Below are positions 9,585 to 19,241 of a DNA stretch of 64,000 bases, piece after piece. The stretch is from an uncultured Desulfurococcales archaeon (GTDB lineage: Archaea; Thermoproteota; Thermoprotei_A; EX4484-217-1): contig CAZGLL010000001.1 of the NCBI GenBank assembly GCA_964526225.1, positions 58,903 through 122,902 on the forward strand, in the 5' to 3' direction. Position numbers and translations under genes: made by a program. The stretch's first letter is position 1; each line of letters starts with the position of its first letter. Below the pieces are notes generated by a model. It was given only the letters and a program-made list of their open reading frames with translations, ran no database searches and was not told where the DNA came from.

Positions 9585-10205
9585 TCATTTAAAACATAAA
9601 CCTCCATAATTTAACCATATTTCACCTGTTTCACCGAATTTAATGTGCAAAACACCAGTATCATATAGATAAGCTACGTAGTCTCTTACATCATTTACTC
9701 TTAGTTTATATTCCTTAGAAATCCTCATTAGAATTCCCGATGCAATAAGTGGTATCCACTGGGGGTCATATCCTATTTTATCACGTATGTGTTTAACGTA
9801 TTTTGCCGCTTCAAAACAAAGTCTCTTTATAAACGTTTCAGTTTCAATATTCACTACCAATTCGAACTTACACTTTAGTTTCTTAGAAAACTTTCTGAAA
9901 ATAGAGTATTCACAAAATACCCCGTTTTCGGACAATATGTATTCGAAACCGTCAAACATGAATTTAGGTGGTAGAAGTAGTTTTTCAACATAACTTCTAT
10001 TTTTATGTTCGAAAATAACTTTCATTCCAGAATATTTAACTAAAACTCCGTCTTTTATTTTTTGGGTAATCTTGTTAAGAACGTATTTTACGCTGATACC
10101 CTCTTTAGCCATTTTTTCGGAATATTTTTCTAAGGTCTCTAAGTATTTTCTTTCCTCCTCAATGACTTTATCTAGGCAATCAATTAGTTTTACAAGCAAA
10201 GTCAA
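9585..10205 (-). CDS. Hypothetical protein
   Basis: 206-aa ORF with no recognisable motif. Confidence 0.4.
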   Translation of the reverse strand: MTLLVKLIDCLDKVIEEERKYLETLEKYSEKMAKEGISVKYVLNKITQKIKDGVLVKYSGMKVIFEHKNRSYVEKLLLPPKFMFDGFEYILSENGVFCEYSIFRKFSKKLKCKFELVVNIETETFIKRLCFEAAKYVKHIRDKIGYDPQWIPLIASGILMRISKEYKLRVNDVRDYVAYLYDTGVLHIKFGETGEIWLNYGGLCFK

Positions 10206-10282
10206 TCACTAACTTAGTCTTATGAAAAGAGAAAGAATTTAAAGTTTCGTTGCGGAACAACAATAGGTAGGTAATTTAAGTT

Positions 10283-10744
10283 ATGATAAGAACAACAATA
10301 AAAGAGTTAAAAACTGCACTTAGCAAATATGTCAATAAAGATTATTACCTCTTATGGGCTTTTGAGGAAGGCAGAATTAAAGGGGCAAACTATATTGAGT
10401 TTTTCTTCTCAGTAAAACCTGTGGTTTCAATAGTCATTGAGCAAAACATTACTGAGTCCGAATCTATAGTTATTCATGGAATTAAAGTTTATGTGAGAAA
10501 AGATGATATTCTTGGTGAACATTTAAAATGGAATGATGTGGCGAAAGCTATTCGTGAGAAATTTCTAAACTACAAAAATACAGAAGTTTTTAGGGAAAGT
10601 GAGGACTACATATACATTATCTTAGGGTCTAAAAGCATAAATAATCTATATTCAACAATAGAGTACGTTAGGGATGTACTAGGAAAAATAGGTTTTAAAA
10701 TACCTAAGAAACTTATAGGTTACGATTACGCTGAGGCCGTATAG
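10283..10744 (+). CDS. Hypothetical protein, probably co-transcribed with the XPB helicase
   Basis: 153 aa, ends 5 bp before the XPB start. Confidence 0.4.
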   Translation: MIRTTIKELKTALSKYVNKDYYLLWAFEEGRIKGANYIEFFFSVKPVVSIVIEQNITESESIVIHGIKVYVRKDDILGEHLKWNDVAKAIREKFLNYKNTEVFRESEDYIYIILGSKSINNLYSTIEYVRDVLGKIGFKIPKKLIGYDYAEAV

Positions 10745-10748
10745 AGTA

Positions 10749-12374
10749 ATGGCAATACGCTTCTACGTTAAGAAATGGATTAGTGAAGACCTATTCAAGA
10801 AACTTATCTCTTTCTCAGACTATTTAGGCAGAGACCATAGTAAAGGATCTATTTTCTCAATAAACTTTTCTAAAATTAGCAAAAATAATCTTGATTTTTA
10901 CGATATTTTAGAAGTTCTTGAGGAAGTAGAAGCTAAAATAGAGAGAAAAGATTTAGAGGAGCTTAGAAGAAGGCTATTAGAGGAAAAGAGCGTTTACTTA
11001 GAATGGTTCGGTGACGATGTTATATTAAAAACGAAAAAATACTTAGGTAAAGATTATGAGCATTTAAGAAACTACATCACATATGATCGCTTAAGGAAAA
11101 TATTTGTGGTTAAGCCTTTACACTTTTTCGAACTAAAGAAAACCCTAATTTCGCTTGGATATAACGTTATTGACAAAACAGGATTATCAGATGAACTAAA
11201 ACTTCCATTTAAAATAACATTTAAAGGAGAATTAAGGGATTATCAGAAAGAGGCTCTTGAAAAATGGATTGAGAATGGTAAAAAAGGAATAATCGCTTTA
11301 CCTACCGGATCGGGAAAAACAGTTATTGCAATTGCTGCTTTAGCTGAACTTTCTGAAAGAACACTTATAGTAACATATACTAAAGAACAAATGTTTCAAT
11401 GGAAAGATTTGATTACAAAGTTCACTACAATAAGTCCAAACATGATAGGTCTATATTATGGTGAAGAAAAGAGAATATCCCCAATAACAATTTCAACATA
11501 TCAAACAGCATATAGGAAGGTAAAGATTCTCTCAAAATACTTCTCATTTCTAATAGTAGATGAATGCCATCATTTACCAGCCGAAAAATTTAAGCATATA
11601 GCATTAAACATGTTCTCCATTAAGAGAATGGGTCTTTCAGCAACGGTCATTAGAGAAGACGGTAAACATGAAGAACTATTTCCGCTAATGGGTGGGATAG
11701 CTTATTTCAAAACTCCTTCAGAGCTTTCAGTACAAGGCTATCTCGCACCCTACATAATATATCAAGTTGAAGTTGACTTAACCCCTAAGGAATTAAGAGA
11801 GTATTTTGAAACACTTAAGCTATATAGGGAGCTAAGTGGTGGTAGAAAATTCGAGGAACTTCTAGAATTAGCGAAGAAAGGTGATGAAAGAGCTCAAATG
11901 GCATTAAGAGCCCATAGTAAGTTAAGGCAGATCGTACATAAAGCTGAGGCTAAGAAGAAAGCTGTTAAAGAAATAGTTGAAAAAGAACTTAAGAGAGGAA
12001 GCAAAATAATAGTTTTTACACAATACGTTGATCAAGCTAAAGAATTAGGTGAAATTCTTAATGCACCAGTCCTTATAGGTGAAATGAAAACTAAAATTAG
12101 GCGGAAGATTCTTGAAGAGTTTAGAAACGGTAAAGAAAAAGTTCTTGTAGTGACAACTGTTGGTGATGAAGGACTTGATATACCTGATGCAAACGTGGGA
12201 ATAATAGTTACCGGAACTGGTTCTAGGAGGCAGTTTATACAGAGGTTAGGTAGACTCTTAAGACCTTCAAAAGGTAAGGAGGCGAGGCTTTATGAAATAA
12301 TTGTGAGAGGCACTTCTGAAGTATATCAGGCTAAGAGGAGAAAGAGCATTAATTTAAGCGACTTCCTATACTAG
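10749..12374 (+). CDS. xpb: XPB-type SF2 DNA repair helicase (Rad25/XPB homologue)
   Basis: Motif I GIIALPTGSGKT, DECHH box, and the XPB-specific RED motif (SATVIREDG). Has a roughly 170-aa N-terminal region before motif I. Confidence 0.8.
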   Translation: MAIRFYVKKWISEDLFKKLISFSDYLGRDHSKGSIFSINFSKISKNNLDFYDILEVLEEVEAKIERKDLEELRRRLLEEKSVYLEWFGDDVILKTKKYLGKDYEHLRNYITYDRLRKIFVVKPLHFFELKKTLISLGYNVIDKTGLSDELKLPFKITFKGELRDYQKEALEKWIENGKKGIIALPTGSGKTVIAIAALAELSERTLIVTYTKEQMFQWKDLITKFTTISPNMIGLYYGEEKRISPITISTYQTAYRKVKILSKYFSFLIVDECHHLPAEKFKHIALNMFSIKRMGLSATVIREDGKHEELFPLMGGIAYFKTPSELSVQGYLAPYIIYQVEVDLTPKELREYFETLKLYRELSGGRKFEELLELAKKGDERAQMALRAHSKLRQIVHKAEAKKKAVKEIVEKELKRGSKIIVFTQYVDQAKELGEILNAPVLIGEMKTKIRRKILEEFRNGKEKVLVVTTVGDEGLDIPDANVGIIVTGTGSRRQFIQRLGRLLRPSKGKEARLYEIIVRGTSEVYQAKRRKSINLSDFLY

Positions 12375-12925
12375 AATTTCTTTTCAGTAAGCATTTTCTG
12401 CGTTGAAAGTATGTAGCTAGGTTTGCATATTGTTATTGCTGAGTAGGATTTTCCAGCTACTTTAACAACTTTTATGTGAACTATTTTATCGGGGTTTGTT
12501 AGGTTCACTTTCCTATCAATGTTTTTAGCTATGTAATCTATTGATTCACGCGTTCTAGCTTCAATAGCTTTTCCCTCTTCAGTAAGCTTTAGCAAATGTC
12601 CTTCAAGCGTTATTCTAAATGTTTCATTTTCAGCTATTTTCTCCCTAGCTAGTTCCCAAACAAGCTTAGCAACATCTTCTAAGTACGGTGAGTAAACTAC
12701 GTCAACAGGTATTACGCGTAAAATATTTGTATGGTGAGGATCTATTTCCCTCCTTATAGCTTCAATTGCTGCATAAGGATTCATTCTCGTAGTTCTAACG
12801 AGAATCAATGATCTTTGCTTCCAAACAACATAAACTCCTCCAATGTATTGCACAAGTTCTTCAATTGCTGCTTCCTCTCTTAAAGCATAAGCTGAAACTA
12901 TGAGGTTAAATTTAGGCTCATTCAC
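12371..12925 (-). CDS. THUMP domain protein (putative tRNA-modification-associated RNA-binding protein)
   Basis: 184 aa. Overall resemblance to stand-alone archaeal THUMP proteins. Confidence 0.5.
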   Translation of the reverse strand: MNEPKFNLIVSAYALREEAAIEELVQYIGGVYVVWKQRSLILVRTTRMNPYAAIEAIRREIDPHHTNILRVIPVDVVYSPYLEDVAKLVWELAREKIAENETFRITLEGHLLKLTEEGKAIEARTRESIDYIAKNIDRKVNLTNPDKIVHIKVVKVAGKSYSAITICKPSYILSTQKMLTEKKF

Positions 12926-13027
12926 GTCTTAAACTACCTCGCTTAATAACATATTTGCTACGCTACTTAGTTTTTAGGAAAGAATATTTTAACCTATGCT
13001 TCCATTTAAGCACTTGAGAGGGTTCAA

Positions 13028-13273
13028 TTGTTGGCAAGGAAAGATTGTGAAATTTGTAAAAACCATAGAGCTAGATGGCTTGTAGAGATAAGGGATAATG
13101 TAAGCAGAAAAATATTCAGAGCCAAGGTATGTGGAATTTGTAAATGGAAACTGTGGCCAAGTCCTAGGAAAATTAAAGATAAGGAAGTAATTAAAGTAAT
13201 AGATAAAATTAGGGGTGCTAAGAAACCGCTACTCCAACCAAGAATTATTGGGAGAAGGAGAAAGCATCAGTGA
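13028..13273 (+). CDS. Small zinc-finger protein
   Basis: 81 aa with CEICK...CGICK motifs and a basic C-terminus. Confidence 0.35.
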   Translation: MLARKDCEICKNHRARWLVEIRDNVSRKIFRAKVCGICKWKLWPSPRKIKDKEVIKVIDKIRGAKKPLLQPRIIGRRRKHQ

Positions 13274-13325
13274 GGTCGGTGTTCCTCATTATTAGCGCTT
13301 CGGACCCGATGACTACATCATCTAC
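13265..13325 (-). ncRNA. Candidate C/D box sRNA
   Basis: Reverse strand reads AGAUGAUGU (C-like), AGUCAUCGGGUC (12 nt), CGAA, GCGCUAAU, AAUGAGGA (C'-like), ACACCGACCUCA (12 nt), CUGA (D). It sits between convergent stop codons. Confidence 0.4.
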
Positions 13326-13797
13326 GTTTTTCTTTAAAACTAACATAGATAAACCCTACGTTTCTTAAGAGTTTTTCAGCAATTTTAATCTTAGAGTTTT
13401 CATCAATTCTATAGTTGGTTTCAATAATAATCCCACCATCGCTTAAAAAGTGTAGAACAATGTCATCTTCAAAAATTCTACACTTTTCATCCACACTACT
13501 TACTATGTATTTTTTAAGCATTATGAAGAAGCGGCTAAGTGTTATAATGTTTAAAGCTAATAGCAAAGCTAAATTTCTAGGAGTAATATTAATTTCTACA
13601 CTACTACTCTTCACCTTTAAAATACCTAAGTTCTCGAGAAGCCTAGCATGTCTTTTCACCGTGTTTCTACCTATAAACATTCGATATGAGAGTTCATCTA
13701 AACTATTCACTCCTTTAACAATAAGTTCTAACATTTTTGCTCGTTGACTATTAATATATTTGAAAAATGAAGGGTCTATGTCGATCATTTCTAACAT
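13318..13797 (-). CDS. Putative winged-helix transcriptional regulator
   Basis: 159 aa. HTH-like segment LDELSYRMFIGRNTVKRHARLLENLGIL. Confidence 0.4.
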   Translation of the reverse strand: MLEMIDIDPSFFKYINSQRAKMLELIVKGVNSLDELSYRMFIGRNTVKRHARLLENLGILKVKSSSVEINITPRNLALLLALNIITLSRFFIMLKKYIVSSVDEKCRIFEDDIVLHFLSDGGIIIETNYRIDENSKIKIAEKLLRNVGFIYVSFKEKRR

Positions 13798-13879
13798 CTA
13801 ATTATCCCTTCTCCTCAATGTTTAATTGGTATTACCGATTATATTAACTTAACTTTATAATGTAATTTTAGGAAGTATT

Positions 13880-14674
13880 TTAAACGCTCACATTTACTTC
13901 ATGACTAAGCATATAGAGTGTAGAATTTAGAACTATTTTGAAGAAACTAGAAGAACTACTATTAAATACGTTGTTTAAGCATATTGTAGAATATTTTTCA
14001 GAAACTGTAACTAAAGGTATTTTTCCATAATCACTTAAAGCTATTATAAGTTCCTCCGCGAACATGTTTTCGAAGATCAGATATTTTTCTTTATGCTTAA
14101 CAAGTTCTCCAGATAAATCATGGGTTTTAGTACCGTAAACTATGGTATGCCAAGGTTTCAGAATTCTAATTTCCTTGATAGTTAATTCATATTCGGCAAT
14201 TTTTTCTTCTAATAATTTATCTTTAAAGAAAAGGTAGCTCAACTCATTATGGCATAAAATGAATGTTCTAGCATTATTACACGTTAGTTTAAAGCCGCTA
14301 CTTTTCAAAACATTAGAAATAGGTGTGTTTAAGTAATTTTTAACGCAAACTTCAGCATCAACTACTTTCCTTCCCTTAACCCATATTCTATCGAAGGTGT
14401 AATTTACTCTAGCTTTTCCTAGTAAACCATTTAGTACTTCTTCAAATTCCTTTTTATCATAAACTTTCACTATAAAAGTATTTATCCCAAACGTTCTAAC
14501 GTATGGTCTCACGTCACTTTTCGCTTCATAAACTCTTACGGTAAATGGTTTAAGGGAATAATAGACATCGAAACCCTCACGTATGAGGTTTACTACGGCA
14601 CTATATGTATCGCTAAGTGATTTCTGAAAATTACTTTCTGTCGGAATTATTATTGCAGCATAGCTTCCTAACAT
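13880..14674 (-). CDS. Hypothetical protein
   Basis: 264-aa ORF with no recognised motif. Confidence 0.4.
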   Translation of the reverse strand: MLGSYAAIIIPTESNFQKSLSDTYSAVVNLIREGFDVYYSLKPFTVRVYEAKSDVRPYVRTFGINTFIVKVYDKKEFEEVLNGLLGKARVNYTFDRIWVKGRKVVDAEVCVKNYLNTPISNVLKSSGFKLTCNNARTFILCHNELSYLFFKDKLLEEKIAEYELTIKEIRILKPWHTIVYGTKTHDLSGELVKHKEKYLIFENMFAEELIIALSDYGKIPLVTVSEKYSTICLNNVFNSSSSSFFKIVLNSTLYMLSHEVNVSV

Positions 14675-14751
14675 ACTCTCCTAACTCATAAACTATTTAT
14701 TGTAAATGTTTTTAAAATGTTAATTCTACACGTTTACTAGGTGTTTTCTAG

Positions 14752-15717
14752 ATGAGACTTGAAAAACCTATCATTCTAATTCACGGTGGAGCTGGTTCTT
14801 TTAAAAGACTAAGCAAACAGGATCTTGATAAATATAGAAAATGTTTAAGAAACGCTGCTATCAATGGGTATGAGGTTTTAGCTAATGGTTCAGCGTTAGA
14901 TGCTGTTACTGAGGCTGTTAAAACCATGGAGGATTGTGAAGTTATGAATGCTGGAGTTGGTTCAGTACTGAACTTACTAGGCGATATAGAAATGGATGCA
15001 GGAATCATGGATGGTAGCCTGTTTAGAGCTGCTGGAGTAGCATTAATTAGAAGAATAAGAAATCCCATTCTATTAGCCAGAGTAGTTCTCGAAAAAACTG
15101 ATCACGTACTATTAGCTGGCGAGTTCGCAGAAGAATTAGGGTTTAAGTATGGTTTAAAACCTCTAGATAAGATATATGTTGTAAGGAAGAAGGAAAAGCA
15201 TAGGAAGTTGTTTGAGGATTTCTTAAGCGGCAAAGGATTTAAGCACTTATCTAAAATACGTGAATTAATAAAAGACTTGAACATCATGTTTCATGATACT
15301 GTAGGTGCTGTAGCTCTAGATAAGGAGGGTAACTTAGCTTCAGCAACATCAACTGGAGGTTACTGGCTTAAACTGCCTGGAAGAATAGGTGACAGCCCAA
15401 TAGTCGGGGCAGGTTTTTACGCAAACAAATATGCAGCTGCATCAGCAACGGGCATAGGAGAATATATTTTAATGACAATGCTCTGTCTTAGAGCTGTAGA
15501 ATATGTAGAAAAAGGATTACACGCCGATGAAGCATCACAAAAAGCTATTGAGCATATAACTGAAATTTATGGTGAAAATACTGCAGGAATAATCGTTATC
15601 GACAATTTAGGCTACATTGGTGTCTCATTTAACACTGAAGGAATGGGTAGGGGAGTTATGGCAAGAAACTTAAGCTCCGTGAAAGTAGCTATTTATAGGA
15701 ATGAAGAACTTATATAG
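14752..15717 (+). CDS. Isoaspartyl peptidase / plant-type L-asparaginase (Ntn hydrolase)
   Basis: HGGAG N-terminus. Autoproteolytic site HDTVGAVALD with nucleophile Thr. GAGFYAN motif. Confidence 0.85.
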   Translation: MRLEKPIILIHGGAGSFKRLSKQDLDKYRKCLRNAAINGYEVLANGSALDAVTEAVKTMEDCEVMNAGVGSVLNLLGDIEMDAGIMDGSLFRAAGVALIRRIRNPILLARVVLEKTDHVLLAGEFAEELGFKYGLKPLDKIYVVRKKEKHRKLFEDFLSGKGFKHLSKIRELIKDLNIMFHDTVGAVALDKEGNLASATSTGGYWLKLPGRIGDSPIVGAGFYANKYAAASATGIGEYILMTMLCLRAVEYVEKGLHADEASQKAIEHITEIYGENTAGIIVIDNLGYIGVSFNTEGMGRGVMARNLSSVKVAIYRNEELI

Positions 15718-15744
15718 ACACCTTACGACATTCAATATTTGAAA

Positions 15745-15808
15745 GCAATGATGATGCTCGTAAGGGTAGAGCTAAAATAAGCAATGATAGACAACCGGGC
15801 TCTGAGCG
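15745..15808 (+). ncRNA. Candidate C/D box sRNA
   Basis: AAUGAUGA (C), UGCUCGUAAGGG (12 nt), UAGA (D'-like), GCUAAAAUAAGCA, AUGAUAGA (C'), CAACCGGGCU, CUGA (D). Confidence 0.45.
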
Positions 15809-15817
15809 TGATACCTG

Positions 15818-16192
15818 TTGAAACTCAACAAAAGGTTACTTTCAACATACCTTATAATATACAGCGTATTTAAAACAAAGGAGTTCAACTTAGGAGAAGC
15901 CTTAGAAGTTCTTAAACTTTATGAAACGAGAAAATCAGCAATAAACGACATCAAAAGATTATGTAAAATGGGTTTTCTAATTAAGAAAAACAATCTATCA
16001 TACGAAGCAAGAGAACCTTTCGAAGCACTAAGAAACTATTTAGCTGAGTATATAGCCAAGAGGTTTGAGAGAAGACTTAAATCACTAAACATCAGAGCGC
16101 AAGTGAATTTAAATTCTAAAATTATTGTTAAAGCTGAAATGAAAATCAAGATTCCTGAGAATCCCTTAGTAGCATTTCAAGAACTTCGTTAA
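15818..16192 (+). CDS. Hypothetical protein (start uncertain; initiates on TTG in the ORF track and overlaps a C/D sRNA candidate upstream)
   Basis: 124-aa ORF. The N-terminal 20 aa are low complexity. Confidence 0.3.
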   Translation: MKLNKRLLSTYLIIYSVFKTKEFNLGEALEVLKLYETRKSAINDIKRLCKMGFLIKKNNLSYEAREPFEALRNYLAEYIAKRFERRLKSLNIRAQVNLNSKIIVKAEMKIKIPENPLVAFQELR

Positions 16193-16487
16193 TGAGTTTT
16201 TCTCTTCTTCTACGCTCTTTCATACTATTCTTGCTTGAATAGTAACCTACGGTTACAAGTTTTGTTTCGCTTTTATCTATAAATTGCAATAACGAACTAT
16301 TTCTATCGCGAAGGTCCTTAGATGATTTACTTTTTACCGATGATTTACCAGTATGCTTTAGATAGTATTTACATGTCTTATAGTATTTAGAGCATCTTTC
16401 AAGATTAACTATAGAGTAAGCTATATGAGGAGAAACAATAATGCACTGACCATACTTGAAAAACGGGCAATGCTTTTTACTTACCAC
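16146..16487 (-). CDS. Hypothetical Cys-rich protein
   Basis: 113 aa with a CPFFKYGQC...C...C arrangement. Confidence 0.3.
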   Translation of the reverse strand: MVSKKHCPFFKYGQCIIVSPHIAYSIVNLERCSKYYKTCKYYLKHTGKSSVKSKSSKDLRDRNSSLLQFIDKSETKLVTVGYYSSKNSMKERRRREKLINEVLEMLLRDSQES

Positions 16488-16628
16488 AACTACTCACATA
16501 AGTGCTATAAGCTAAGGTTTTATTAAAGAAGTATTCGGTATATCGCTTCTTAGGTATTCCATATGAGCTTAGGATTTTAGGATAACTTTAAATTGTAGCT
16601 AACGATCAAGTAAGTTGGGTATGTCTAC

Positions 16629-16955
16629 ATGGAAGAAGAAAGAAAAAAGAAAATAGCAGTTTTCCATGGAGAAGCAAGGATAGGGCAAATTTACGGCAGT
16701 TTTACACAAATACAACTTAAGCCTGAAGATTTTTCAAGTCCTGTATCTCTACAAATGGCCCTTTCGAGGATATATGATGCATTAATAAAGTCCATAGAGT
16801 CCGGACCTAAAAAGAAGTTTGTTGCTGAAGTAAGGTTTAAGGATTCACTAGGGAATCCAGTATTTATAGCTATTGATTTAGGTGAAACATCACCCCCATT
16901 TAAAAGTGAAAATGTTAAAGCAAGAATACTCATTGAAATATATGAAGAAGAATGA
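16629..16955 (+). CDS. Hypothetical protein
   Basis: 108-aa ORF. Confidence 0.35.
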   Translation: MEEERKKKIAVFHGEARIGQIYGSFTQIQLKPEDFSSPVSLQMALSRIYDALIKSIESGPKKKFVAEVRFKDSLGNPVFIAIDLGETSPPFKSENVKARILIEIYEEE

Positions 16956-16957
16956 CT

Positions 16958-17248
16958 TTAAACTACCATTCTGGTTTCAAAATCGTCAAGAATAAGTAAA
17001 ATTAGTGCTCCAACATCTTTCATCGTCTCTACATCCTCTGTTTCGTATATGTTTCTTAGGAAATCACATAGATTTTCTTTAGAGTATTTTGAAGAAATAA
17101 TGTTCTCTATGGTTTTCAAGACCAGTTTATCATAGATCTTACTCAATAAAAATTCGGGTATTCCATCTAAACCTAACCTTTTAAGAATGTTAAATAAAAT
17201 GGTAGGGCAAGAATGAGAAAAACGCTGTAATTCCTTTTTTCCGCTCAA
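16958..17248 (-). CDS. Hypothetical protein
   Basis: 96-aa ORF downstream of Alba on the same strand. Confidence 0.3.
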   Translation of the reverse strand: MSGKKELQRFSHSCPTILFNILKRLGLDGIPEFLLSKIYDKLVLKTIENIISSKYSKENLCDFLRNIYETEDVETMKDVGALILLILDDFETRMVV

Positions 17249-17271
17249 TTTTTAGCTTCTTTAACTTAACT

Positions 17272-17598
17272 TTACTTCCTCACTATCGTTATTTCTATCG
17301 TTGAAACTCTCGATTGTCTACCGTCAGGATTCTGTATTGTTTGGCTACCAATCTTAATGTCCTTAATGTCTACTTGACCTGCTAAGAACCTGTTTCTTAC
17401 AATTTCCACTGTATCTACTGCCTTGCTGATGGCTCTTCCTCTAGCCTTAACTACTACCTCATCAACTCCTTGGTTTAATAGCGTCAATGTTGCTAGAACA
17501 TAGTTCATTACGGGCTTTTTACCTACTAAAACAACATTGCTTGGTGTTGGTTGTGCCGACATGCCTAAACCCCATGGTTTTTGTTCAACTATAGACAT
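17272..17598 (-). CDS. albA: Chromatin protein Alba (Sso10b-type DNA/RNA-binding protein)
   Basis: [20 protein letters not shown]...[19 protein letters not shown]...[12 protein letters not shown] matches Sulfolobus Alba almost residue for residue. The true start is probably the internal Met (MSAQPTPS, about 17562), not 17598. Confidence 0.9.
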   Translation of the reverse strand: MSIVEQKPWGLGMSAQPTPSNVVLVGKKPVMNYVLATLTLLNQGVDEVVVKARGRAISKAVDTVEIVRNRFLAGQVDIKDIKIGSQTIQNPDGRQSRVSTIEITIVRK

Positions 17599-17650
17599 TA
17601 GGCTAGGTACTTAGATATAAATTTTATTGTTTAAATGCAACATTAATTAC

Positions 17651-19156
17651 TTAACCATAAACACTTACATAGGATTCCATAGGTTTCTCTATAACATCAG
17701 GAATCCTATCTATAATGTCTGTTGCAAGAATTCTTTCACCATAAACCGTGTAGGCTAAGTCTCCTGCCAATCCATTAATGAATGCTCCAAGGTAGGCTGC
17801 TTTAAAGGGGCTAACACCTTTAGCTAATAATGCGCCTACAATTCCTGAGAGAGTATCTCCTGTTCCTCCAACGCTCATTCCGGGGTTTCCTGTTTTATTG
17901 TATATTAGCCTTTCCCCATCTGAAATAATGTCTACTGGGCCTTTTGATAGAATTACTGCCTTGTACTTCTTAGAAACTAAAGAGCATATATCTTCTCTAT
18001 TTTCTCTTACGTATTCAACATTGGTGTTACTAAGCCTAGCTAGTTCTGCCATATGAGGGGTAAAAACAGCCTTGCCATGAAACGTTAGATGTTCTTTAGC
18101 TAAAGCTTTTAAGCCATCAGCATCAACAACCACCGGTTTTTTAAGTTCTATGACGCTCTTTAGAAGCTCAATTATTGCCTCAAATGTTTCCTCCTGAACA
18201 CCTAATCCCGGACCTACAATTACTGCATCAACTTTTCTTAAAAACTCAACGATTTTGTTGACTACGTTTATTGTAAAATATTTACCCTCATACTTTATAG
18301 TTATTATGTTCGGACTATATGACGCTATCACGTAAGCTGTTTTTTCGGGAGCTACAACAAAAGCTAAATCAGAACCTGTTCTTAGAGCTGCTAGAGCCGC
18401 CATAGCTGGAGCTCCACTGTACGTTTCAGAACCTCCAATTACCGCAACTTTCCCTCCCATACCCTTATGTGCATCCTTAGGTTTTTTCGGAACTTCAAAC
18501 ATTACATTTCCTGGTCCCACGAAAATCGAAGCTTCAGGAGGAATACCTATCTTCGCAACAACAAGTTCTCCCACACACTCTTTAGCCTTTAAAAGCCCAG
18601 GTTTAATATCGTGGAAGGTTACAGTTAAATCAGCTTTAACAGCATTACCAGCAATCTCCCCAGTATCGGGATTAAGCCCTGAGGGTACGTCAATAGCTAC
18701 TTTTAATCCTTTACTTTCATTAATTATTTCTATAGCCGATTTAACAGGCTCTCTAAGAGGGGCCTTAATACCTACACCTAATACTGCATCAATTATTACA
18801 TCAGTATGTAATGGAGTTAGCGCATCTGGTGATAACTTAACTATTTCAACAGTTTTCTCCATTTTCTCTAAGATCTTAAGGTTTGCTTTCGCATCTTCAT
18901 TTCTAATAAGCAATTTATCGTAAAGGAGAAAAACTTTGACCTTAAAACCGTATTGCACTAAATGCCTTGCAGCAACAAATCCATCACCAGCATTTCCGCC
19001 CTTACCGGCGAAAACAACTACTTCAGCTGGAGGATTAACTCTATTAGCTATCTCCCTAGCTACTGATGCTCCCGCATTCTCCATTAAGAGTCTTGTAGAA
19101 ACACCATACGCTACCGAATTTTGCTCTAAAACTCTCATTTCGAGTGAAGTTATCAT
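17651..19156 (-). CDS. nnr: Bifunctional NAD(P)H-hydrate repair enzyme Nnr (YjeF-N epimerase plus YjeF-C ADP-dependent dehydratase)
   Basis: 501 aa. N-terminal VFAGKGGNAGDG and C-terminal GGTGDTLSG motifs. Confidence 0.85.
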   Translation of the reverse strand: MITSLEMRVLEQNSVAYGVSTRLLMENAGASVAREIANRVNPPAEVVVFAGKGGNAGDGFVAARHLVQYGFKVKVFLLYDKLLIRNEDAKANLKILEKMEKTVEIVKLSPDALTPLHTDVIIDAVLGVGIKAPLREPVKSAIEIINESKGLKVAIDVPSGLNPDTGEIAGNAVKADLTVTFHDIKPGLLKAKECVGELVVAKIGIPPEASIFVGPGNVMFEVPKKPKDAHKGMGGKVAVIGGSETYSGAPAMAALAALRTGSDLAFVVAPEKTAYVIASYSPNIITIKYEGKYFTINVVNKIVEFLRKVDAVIVGPGLGVQEETFEAIIELLKSVIELKKPVVVDADGLKALAKEHLTFHGKAVFTPHMAELARLSNTNVEYVRENREDICSLVSKKYKAVILSKGPVDIISDGERLIYNKTGNPGMSVGGTGDTLSGIVGALLAKGVSPFKAAYLGAFINGLAGDLAYTVYGERILATDIIDRIPDVIEKPMESYVSVYG

Positions 19157-19241
19157 AGCCTAAATTCCCCTAGAAAGTATTTCGCCGGTATTATTACCTC
19201 TCAAGTCTTATTTAAATAAACTCTCTTGAACGAAGTTTTAG

